From: a virus
Strand: one strand, 5' to 3'
IMG/VR virus record: IMGVR_UViG_3300021960_009431
Length of the DNA stretch: 64,000 nt
The notes under the pieces are model-generated. The model was not told the origin of the DNA. It did no database searches and saw only the letters and a program-made list of their open reading frames with translations. Made by a program: the position numbers and the translations under genes. Each line of letters begins with the position of its first letter. Position 1 is the stretch's first letter. Shown one piece after another: positions 57,746 to 64,000 of this stretch.

Positions 57746-58296
57746 TGAGATCTTTCATTTATATAGACAGCATTAATGTAAAAGCTATTTCTAATCAATT
57801 TTTAAAATACAATGATTGGGACAACTCTTATACAAGAAATAGAATAAACGCATTTGAAGTTCATAAAGACACAGCTGTAATACCTTTAATGTGGTCTATG
57901 AATTCAATCTCATCAGATCCTAAAGAACCTGCACCAAGAACAGAGTATTGGGATCGTTATTTTGAAGTAAATTTTTTTGAAGAATTACATAAAAAAATTT
58001 ACAATTATTGTAAAGGATATCCTATAAGAGTATTATTTACTTTACTTAAAGCAAATGGTAAAATACCATTACATGAAGACACAGGTCCGTCTCTCACTGT
58101 AAATAAAAGAATACATATACCAATTGTTACAAGTAACAAGGTAATCTTTAAAATAGATGAAGAAGAAAAAAATATAAAAACTGGTGAAATATATGAAATA
58201 AATAATCAAGGAAGACATGGAGTCTTTAACAATTCTGATAAAGATAGAATACATTTAATAGTGGATTGGCATGAAACAAACACCTATTATAGATAA
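57745..58296 (+). CDS. Aspartyl/asparaginyl beta-hydroxylase-like 2OG-Fe(II) oxygenase
   Basis: IPLHED; RIHIPI.T; GEIYEINN...H.V.N.S..DRIHLIVD. Confidence 0.87.
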   Translation: MRSFIYIDSINVKAISNQFLKYNDWDNSYTRNRINAFEVHKDTAVIPLMWSMNSISSDPKEPAPRTEYWDRYFEVNFFEELHKKIYNYCKGYPIRVLFTLLKANGKIPLHEDTGPSLTVNKRIHIPIVTSNKVIFKIDEEEKNIKTGEIYEINNQGRHGVFNNSDKDRIHLIVDWHETNTYYR

Positions 58297-58429
58297 AGAT
58301 GGTACAGTACATGATAAATGTGGTACACCAGAATGCTGTGGAAAATGTGCAACAGCTGGTGAATATACACATAATCATGAAGAAGATAATAAAAAAACTG
58401 TAAAAAAAGACCAAATAATTGAAATTTAA
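58271..58429 (+). CDS. 52-aa Cys/His-rich peptide (not in ORF track)
   Basis: MKQTPIIDKDGTVHDKCGTPECCGKCATAGEYTHNHEED... Confidence 0.6.
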   Translation: MKQTPIIDKDGTVHDKCGTPECCGKCATAGEYTHNHEEDNKKTVKKDQIIEI

Positions 58430-58441
58430 TTAAAAAAACAG

Positions 58442-58470
58442 TTGCACTTAGTTTCTCTAGTGACTATAAT
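58442..58470 (+). promoter_or_regulatory. Early promoter TTGCAC-N17-TATAAT with A-tract UP element
   Basis: Preceded by TTAAAAAAACAG. Confidence 0.75.
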
Positions 58471-58496
58471 ATATACATCAAATGAGGAGATATATT

Positions 58497-58859
58497 ATGA
58501 CTAAGTTCAATAGAGACGACTTTACTTATCATGGTGGATATTTAGAGTATAAAGGACCTTATGAAGGTCAACCAACATATGATGAAGTGTATGGTGCTGA
58601 TAAAATTCATCCTTCACGTATCGGTATGCCAATGGAACTTTTCATTGCTCGCTTTAAGTATAAAGGTCCTATTACTAAAGCTAAATTCCTAACTGAACTA
58701 ATTAAATCTTTTACTGTAGAAGAGTATGTAGAAGCTCGTAGTAAAGATGGTATTGATAGTTCTCCTCTTGGAATACTTGCTAATAAGAATCCTGCATGGT
58801 ATGAAAATATTATGGATGAAGCATTCTCCCGGAGAATGAGAGGTGTTGCTAATGCTTAA
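58497..58859 (+). CDS. Hypothetical early protein
   Basis: SD GAGGAG; F.Y.GGYL.Y...FIARFKY...F.VEEY. Confidence 0.7.
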   Translation: MTKFNRDDFTYHGGYLEYKGPYEGQPTYDEVYGADKIHPSRIGMPMELFIARFKYKGPITKAKFLTELIKSFTVEEYVEARSKDGIDSSPLGILANKNPAWYENIMDEAFSRRMRGVANA

Positions 58860-59082
58860 TGTAATTACTATGGTTAATAAGGAAGTTGTTAAAAAAGTTT
58901 CTTTTGATGAAAAGCAAGATGATGATGCAATGAAGAAGGCTCTAGTCGAATGCGACCGAGCCATCTGGGATAATTCAAAAAACGATACTTCTTTTCTTGT
59001 TGCTCTTATGCAAGATAAAAAAGTACTTCGTTATATGAACGGTACAGAATGGTATACCCCTCGTACTAGTATTTACGAATAA
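58852..59082 (+). CDS. Hypothetical protein
   Basis: SD GAGGTG; overlaps the previous ORF. Confidence 0.55.
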   Translation: MLNVITMVNKEVVKKVSFDEKQDDDAMKKALVECDRAIWDNSKNDTSFLVALMQDKKVLRYMNGTEWYTPRTSIYE

Positions 59083-59088
59083 AAGAAT

Positions 59089-59165
59089 CTCCGCTTAGCT
59101 CAGCTGGATAGAGCAAGTGCCTTCTAAGCACTAGGTCGGGGGTTCGAATCCCTCAGCGGAGGCCA
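59089..59165 (+). tRNA. tRNA-Arg(TCT)
   Basis: Acceptor CTCCGCT/AGCGGAG; anticodon arm AGTGC-CTTCTAA-GCACT; TTCGAAT loop; encoded CCA. Confidence 0.95.
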
Positions 59166-59168
59166 TAA

Positions 59169-59243
59169 AAGGGTGAAGTGTTAACGGCTGCACGTCGGAT
59201 TCCAAATCCGAAAGATAGGGTTCGACTCCTTACACCTTTGCCA
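59169..59243 (+). tRNA. tRNA-Trp(CCA)
   Basis: Acceptor AAGGGTG/CACCTTT; TCGGA-TTCCAAA-TCCGA; G discriminator; CCA. Confidence 0.9.
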
Positions 59244-59253
59244 CACTGTTTAA

Positions 59254-59330
59254 GCTCTCGTAGCTCAATTGGTTAGAGCGCCCCGCTCATAACGGGTCGG
59301 TTGCAGGTTCGAGTCCTGCCAGGAGCACCA
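59254..59330 (+). tRNA. tRNA with CAT anticodon, probably Ile2 (lysidine) rather than Met
   Basis: G1-C72 paired; CCCG-CTCATAA-CGGG; GCAGGTTCGAGTCCTGC T-arm resembling alphaproteobacterial Ile2; CCA. Confidence 0.85.
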
Positions 59331-59348
59331 TATTAAAGAAAGATAAAA

Positions 59349-59459
59349 ATGAATCGTAATTATAAAAAAACTTCTATTGGTTTGAAAAATATTAAACGTT
59401 CTTCTATGAACAAATCTAAAAAACGATCTTATAAAAAATATAGAGGTCAAGGTAAATAA
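59349..59459 (+). CDS. 36-aa highly basic peptide (not in ORF track)
   Basis: MNRNYKKTSIGLKNIKRSSMNKSKKRSYKKYRGQGK. Confidence 0.7.
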   Translation: MNRNYKKTSIGLKNIKRSSMNKSKKRSYKKYRGQGK

Positions 59460-59467
59460 ATATAAGC

Positions 59468-60112
59468 ATGGATGACGATGATGCTTATTTAAAATATCCA
59501 AAGTATAGAAATTGGTTTAATAAACTATGGGTCGCAGAAAAGTTAGAACACAACTGCGGTCCTTCTGGTGTTGCACCTGAAGAAACTTTAGAATGTATTG
59601 TACGCCCAATATACAATTTAGCTGGTATGGGTGTAGGTGCAAGATTTCAAACTATTGAAGCAGGTGATTGTAGAGCCACTAAACCTGGTTATTTTTGGTG
59701 TGAAAGGTTTTATGGGAGACATATATCAGCTTGTTATAGATTCCAGAGCAGTTATAAACCTTTATGGATACCAATAAAAGTGTATGAAGGGTTTCAAAAT
59801 AAAAATGAAACTCTTTCTCAATTTTCAGAATGGAAAAGACTGTCTTTAGATGAAGCTCCAATAGTACCTAGAGAGTTAAACGATCTTTCCTTTATACCAA
59901 TAATTAATGTAGAGTTTATAGATAATAAAGTAATTGAAGTACACTTAAGAAGCTCTCCTGATCCTAATTATGATCATATCATTCCTGTATGGGCTCATGA
60001 TTTAGGAAAGAAGAAATGGTATATGGAGCAAAATCAATATAACTTTATAGAATCATTTGATGATGCAGACGGTCATTTAGATAATCCAAGAGTTGGATTT
60101 TTAGTAAAATAA
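59468..60112 (+). CDS. Hypothetical protein, ATP-grasp-like
   Basis: IVRPIYNLAGMG.GA; YFWCE.F.G.H.S; INVEFI...VIEVHLR. Confidence 0.6.
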   Translation: MDDDDAYLKYPKYRNWFNKLWVAEKLEHNCGPSGVAPEETLECIVRPIYNLAGMGVGARFQTIEAGDCRATKPGYFWCERFYGRHISACYRFQSSYKPLWIPIKVYEGFQNKNETLSQFSEWKRLSLDEAPIVPRELNDLSFIPIINVEFIDNKVIEVHLRSSPDPNYDHIIPVWAHDLGKKKWYMEQNQYNFIESFDDADGHLDNPRVGFLVK

Positions 60113-60125
60113 TTTAAAAAAACAG

Positions 60126-60154
60126 TTGCATTTATAGTCAACAGCGCCTATATT
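60126..60154 (+). promoter_or_regulatory. Early promoter TTGCAT-N17-TATATT with A-tract
   Basis: Same TTAAAAAAACAGTTGCA context as the promoter at 58442. Confidence 0.7.
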
Positions 60155-60181
60155 ATATAGTATAGGAAATGGAGATATGCT

Positions 60182-60772
60182 ATGAATGTAGAACGTTTTA
60201 TACCTATCGTAAAAGCTAACCTTGTTCTTCTTAATCAAGGTTATCGTACCGAAGATGTCGCTCGTATTTTAATGCTCTCATACGGGGACGTAAAAACTAA
60301 ATCTTCTGGTTATGTGTCTAAAGCTTTAGTTAACCATCATGAACCTACTAATCAGTATTACCGTAAAGGTAGGTTTACTGAAGAGCATTTCAATACCCGT
60401 ACATCAACATGCCGTGCAATTTGTGATCATTATCTAGACGGAAGTTTAGATGATGATTTTTTGTATTCCTTGCTTGATAATGGACGCAAAGTACATTATA
60501 CTACAGAAGAAGAAAATGTACGTTTAAGAGTCTATCAGCAAGATAAAGAAAATTATCCAACATGGCAATCTCAATATGAAGCAGCAGGTATTGAGTTAGT
60601 AGAAGATCCTGGTATGTTTGGTAACTCGAAGTACTATTATGAGATTGATGGGGAAGTATATAGGAACGTAAACGAAGCAGCAAAAGGTAAAGGTGTAATT
60701 GCAGCTACGATTAAAAGACGCAGTCATAATTCAAAGTTTCCTAGATATGTAGAAGTGGAGTATGCGATATGA
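60182..60772 (+). CDS. Hypothetical protein; possible HNH-like nuclease with C-terminal NUMOD1-like HTH
   Basis: TEEH...VHYTTEEEN; C-terminal YEIDGEVY.NVNEAAK..GV...TIKRR. Confidence 0.5.
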   Translation: MNVERFIPIVKANLVLLNQGYRTEDVARILMLSYGDVKTKSSGYVSKALVNHHEPTNQYYRKGRFTEEHFNTRTSTCRAICDHYLDGSLDDDFLYSLLDNGRKVHYTTEEENVRLRVYQQDKENYPTWQSQYEAAGIELVEDPGMFGNSKYYYEIDGEVYRNVNEAAKGKGVIAATIKRRSHNSKFPRYVEVEYAI

Positions 60773-60984
60773 GTAGAATGGGTCAACATGTTATAGAAAT
60801 GCAAGAGAGAGAGCAAGAAATTGAAATGGCTATCTCTGAGGCTAAAAGTTTAAATATGGGTAACACAGTCCCTATTGCAACTATTATCTCGCAAGCAGCT
60901 AAGCTTGCAAGAGTTGAAGAACGTGAAGTAGAAACTTTTTATTATAATGGAGCAAAATATAATGTCGAATCAACGCCCTGGTAA
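60769..60984 (+). CDS. Hypothetical protein
   Basis: MSRMGQHVIEMQE N-terminus; SD GGAG. Confidence 0.6.
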   Translation: MSRMGQHVIEMQEREQEIEMAISEAKSLNMGNTVPIATIISQAAKLARVEEREVETFYYNGAKYNVESTPW

Positions 60985-61180
60985 ACGTAAACCTGCATCT
61001 ATGACTGATGCTTTCTATACCGGTCCTATGAAGCAGTTAGAGTTTTTTAAAAGTTGTAAAGAAGTTCTCGAGCGAGAAGGTCAAGAAGATGCCGCTTTTT
61101 ACTTTGAGCAGATTGAAGATTGGTTGCGTGAAGGGAAAGACTTGTATAAAGATCCTCCTGGTAGAATTCTAGGTCTCTAA
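60962..61180 (+). CDS. Hypothetical protein
   Basis: SD GGAG; QRPGK...EDAAFYFEQIEDWLR. Confidence 0.6.
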   Translation: MSNQRPGKRKPASMTDAFYTGPMKQLEFFKSCKEVLEREGQEDAAFYFEQIEDWLREGKDLYKDPPGRILGL

Positions 61181-61188
61181 TAAAAGAT

Positions 61189-61220
61189 AAATAGTCGGTA
61201 GAAATATCGACTATTTTTTT
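61189..61220 (+). terminator. Rho-independent terminator overlapping a late-like promoter (GATAAATA 61186-93)
   Basis: AAATAGTCGGTA-GAAA-TATCGACTATTT followed by TTTT. Confidence 0.8.
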
Positions 61221-61236
61221 GTTCAGAGGAAAAACA

Positions 61237-61959
61237 ATGAGTGCAGCTTCAGATAAGTTTGAAAATGATGTAGCAGCTAACATTAATGCTATTCAAGGCG
61301 TATCTGCTACACGTCCTACAGTAGGTACGCAATATTCAGATGTTAAAATGACATTTAAGAATCGTTCTACTTGGTTAGAAGTAAAAATGAATCATACAGA
61401 TAATCTTTCTAACCCTCGAGTGTATTATAAAAGTGGTAGATGGGGTACAACATATACAACACCTGCCGCTAAAGCAGCTGTAGATATATTAAACCAGTCT
61501 ACACAAACAAAAGCTTTTCTTCGTGACATAGCTAAATTTTCTGGTATACCATTTAACACATTAAAAATTCCAACTACAAAAGGTGGGTTAAAAGAAGAAG
61601 GTGCTGTACCACTTCACATTATGAAAATGTTTTTTGAGCAGCCGGGTATCAACCGTTACATCGCTAATGATGAAAATAGAGACTTAGGTAAATTAGTTAC
61701 CGAGCATTACACTATTGGTAAAGCAGAGCCTGCTTATTATATGCAAGCAGCAGATGATTTTTATAAAATCTCACAAAACAATCCTTTCGGTTTAAACTCA
61801 AGAATTCCTTTATTAAAAGGTAGAGGCGATTTTAAAGTTCGTATTGCGACTCGCAGTGAGTTTTACGAGGTACAAGCAGAGATTAAAATAAAAGATATGG
61901 GTAATAGTCAATTTTCCCTTGCTCCAGGTACAAGAAAATTAAACCCGTTTACAATATAA
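61237..61959 (+). CDS. PD-(D/E)XK-family nuclease-like protein
   Basis: N-terminal FE..VA helix; YSDV...WLEVKM catalytic-type motif. Confidence 0.6.
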   Translation: MSAASDKFENDVAANINAIQGVSATRPTVGTQYSDVKMTFKNRSTWLEVKMNHTDNLSNPRVYYKSGRWGTTYTTPAAKAAVDILNQSTQTKAFLRDIAKFSGIPFNTLKIPTTKGGLKEEGAVPLHIMKMFFEQPGINRYIANDENRDLGKLVTEHYTIGKAEPAYYMQAADDFYKISQNNPFGLNSRIPLLKGRGDFKVRIATRSEFYEVQAEIKIKDMGNSQFSLAPGTRKLNPFTI

Positions 61960-61962
61960 TAG

Positions 61963-61991
61963 TTGCTTTTTGTCACGAGAGCGGTTATAAT
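61963..61991 (+). promoter_or_regulatory. Early promoter TTGCTT-N17-TATAAT
   Basis: Upstream of the ORF at 62017. Confidence 0.65.
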
Positions 61992-62016
61992 ATGAGTATA
62001 AATTAAAGGAAAACAA

Positions 62017-63243
62017 ATGCAAAAGTTAAGTACATTTATTGCTGAGCAAAAAAATACTCATATGGAGCACCTAGAGGATATGATCTTCAATGATGGTGTT
62101 GACGGTGCTCGTTTGGCTATTAATAGCTTACAGAATCTTCGTGATATGTTGGCTGGTCGTGGTAAGAGTAAAGTGAATGTGACAGTTAAGTGGGACGGTG
62201 CTCCTGCTATCTTTGCAGGTGTTGATCCTGCAGATGGAAAATTCTTTGTGGCTAAGAAAGGTATCTTTAATGTCAATCCGCAACTATTTAAGTCTCAAGC
62301 TGATATCAATGCGGCTCTATCTGGTGAGCTTAAGACTAAGTTTAGCATCGCGCTTAGAGAGTTTGCAAAACTCGGTATCCGAAAAGGTGTATACCAGGGC
62401 GACCTTATGTTCACCAAAGGAGATGTTAAAGTCGCTACCGTCGCTGGTGAAAAATATTATACTTTCCAGCCTAATACTATTGTATATGCTGTTCCTGTTA
62501 AGTCTAACTTGGGCGCTCAAATCAAGCGTGCGTCAATCGGCGTCGTCTGGCACACAACGTATGAAGGACGAGAAATTAGTAAAATGAAAGCTTCGTTTGG
62601 CAAAGATATTGTCAAGAAGTTTCGTAAGTCTAATTCAATCTGGATGGATGATGCTACGTATCGAGATGTATCTGGTAATGCAACTTTTACTGCTAAAGAA
62701 ACAGAAGAAGTAACTGCATTGTTATCTCAAGCTGGCAAGCGGTTTAATACTATCGATGGAGACGTACTGCGTACTATCCGTGATGATGATGAACTAAAGC
62801 AGAAGATTAAGACATATAACAACACGTTTGTACGTGCTGGTGAACCTTTCCCTGATGTAGACTCTCATGTTAAAGGTTTGTATCAGTATATCATGGATTG
62901 GTATCAGAAAGAGATAGATAAAAAGAAAACTGAGAAGGGTAAAGAAACCTGGACTGCAAGACGTGATAGAGTTGCTACTATTGTGTTTGCTAATGTTCTT
63001 CAATTAAAACGTATTTTCGAGCTAATGAATCTTATCGTCCAAGCAAAGCAGATGGTCATTAATAAAATGAACCGTGCTTCTTCTCTTGGTACATTCTTAC
63101 GTACTTCTAAAGGTTTTGAAACTACGGAGCAAGAAGGATATGTTGCGATTGATCGGATCGGACAAGCAGTAAAGATTGTTGATCGTCTTGAATTCTCTAA
63201 AGCAAACTTTTCACCTGATGTGTTAAAAGGTTGGCAAAAATAA
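62017..63243 (+). CDS. Conserved T4-like phage protein (DUF6267-type; KxDG ligase/nucleotidyltransferase-like motif)
   Basis: KNTHMEHLED; TVKWDGAPAI; YQGDLMF; EGYVA; VKIVDRLEFS. Confidence 0.75.
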   Translation: MQKLSTFIAEQKNTHMEHLEDMIFNDGVDGARLAINSLQNLRDMLAGRGKSKVNVTVKWDGAPAIFAGVDPADGKFFVAKKGIFNVNPQLFKSQADINAALSGELKTKFSIALREFAKLGIRKGVYQGDLMFTKGDVKVATVAGEKYYTFQPNTIVYAVPVKSNLGAQIKRASIGVVWHTTYEGREISKMKASFGKDIVKKFRKSNSIWMDDATYRDVSGNATFTAKETEEVTALLSQAGKRFNTIDGDVLRTIRDDDELKQKIKTYNNTFVRAGEPFPDVDSHVKGLYQYIMDWYQKEIDKKKTEKGKETWTARRDRVATIVFANVLQLKRIFELMNLIVQAKQMVINKMNRASSLGTFLRTSKGFETTEQEGYVAIDRIGQAVKIVDRLEFSKANFSPDVLKGWQK

Positions 63244-63248
63244 AATAT

Positions 63249-63256
63249 TATAAATA
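63249..63256 (+). promoter_or_regulatory. Late promoter
   Basis: TATAAATA before the cytidyltransferase-like gene. Confidence 0.7.
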
Positions 63257-63286
63257 GTATTGAAGTTAAGTCTAAGGAAAACCTTC

Positions 63287-64000
63287 ATGAAAAAAGCAGT
63301 AATCGCCTGGGGTCGTATGAACCCTGTGACATCAGGTCACGAACAATTAGTAAATAAAGTGAAATCTGTGGCAAGGCGAGAACGCGGTGAACCTCAGATT
63401 TATCTTTCCCATACTCAAAATGCTAAAAAAGACCCATTGCAATATAAAGATAAGATTGCAATGACTAAGAAAGCATTTGGTTCAGTAATGAAGCAATCTG
63501 CTTCACGAACACTTATCCAATTAATGCAAGAATTACAAAAAGCTGGCTTTACCGAAATAACAATGGTAGCTGGCTCTGATCGTGTGTCTGAATATAATAC
63601 ATTATTAAATAAATATAATGGTAAAGACTATACGTTTGATAAAATAAAAGTAGTATCAGCTGGTCAAAGAGATCCTGATGCAGAAGGTACAGCGGGTATG
63701 TCTGCTACTAAGTTAAGACAAGCAGCTGTAGATGGTGATGAGAAAACTTTTACAAGTGGTGTTCCATCATCTCTCTCTAAACCTGATACAAAAAAATTAT
63801 ACAAACTTGTAAGGAAGGGCTTACTAGTGGAAGAAATAGAAAGTATATTAGAAGAAGAATTAGAAGACTTTACTGATGAAGAGTTAGAAGAGTTTGTTAA
63901 TGAAGTTGAAGACTGGGAAGAGCTAGATGAAGAGTATATTGAAGAGCGTGCTCCTTTAACTTTACAACAACGAATCAAAAAAGCAAGAATAATGAAACGT
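63287..64000 (+). CDS. Cytidyltransferase-like (HIGH superfamily) protein, 3' truncated by window
   Basis: Translated manually: WGRMNPVTSGH, VAGSDR, RDPDAEG..GMSATKLR; open to the window end. Confidence 0.85.
   Translation, partial: MKKAVIAWGRMNPVTSGHEQLVNKVKSVARRERGEPQIYLSHTQNAKKDPLQYKDKIAMTKKAFGSVMKQSASRTLIQLMQELQKAGFTEITMVAGSDRVSEYNTLLNKYNGKDYTFDKIKVVSAGQRDPDAEGTAGMSATKLRQAAVDGDEKTFTSGVPSSLSKPDTKKLYKLVRKGLLVEEIESILEEELEDFTDEELEEFVNEVEDWEELDEEYIEERAPLTLQQRIKKARIMKR

Noticed and set aside
59254-59330. Initiator tRNA-fMet
   Set aside because: The 1-72 pair is Watson-Crick and the three consecutive G-C pairs of the initiator anticodon stem are missing.
385-63978. All minus-strand ORFs in the track
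   Set aside because: They are short shadows antisense to well-supported + strand genes, lack an RBS and have no recognisable motifs.

Overview
A 64-kb segment of an AT-rich T4-like (Tevenvirinae/Kyanoviridae-type gene order) myovirus genome, probably marine, with essentially all genes on the + strand. Gene order: baseplate/fibre genes (gp8, a 2059-aa DUF4815-type protein, a variable fibre cassette), neck, tail and packaging genes gp13-gp20, a collagen/fibre pair, head genes gp21-gp23 and gp3, then uvsY/uvsW/gp55/gp47/gp46 and peptide deformylase. Next is a complete 7-deazaguanine DNA-modification cluster (queE, queD, folE, dpdA-like transglycosylase, PurN-like formyltransferase, DUF3310, queF, queC, yhhQ, dUTPase-fold enzyme). 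This is followed by gp45/44/62/regA, an hsp20-DUF1127 small-protein operon, gp43, uvsX, gp41, carbamoyltransferase, four 2OG-Fe(II) oxygenases, three tRNAs (Arg-TCT, Trp-CCA, CAT probably Ile2) and early genes. An alphaproteobacterial host is inferred from DUF1127, a ROSE thermometer and the tRNA style. The most notable signals are non-coding. (i) Two preQ1-I-riboswitch-like pseudoknots lie in the leaders of queE and queC; the queC one has covarying P2 bases but an A where the ligand-specifying C normally sits, suggesting metabolite-gated control of phage DNA hypermodification. (ii) A ROSE RNA thermometer precedes hsp20. (iii) Two oppositely oriented sister promoters share a 10-nt initially transcribed sequence (one before uvsY, one antisense at gp17) and may be R-loop origins. 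(iv) Several promoters are embedded in hairpins/terminators and may act as temporal gates. All calls come from visual motif recognition; no database searches were run.
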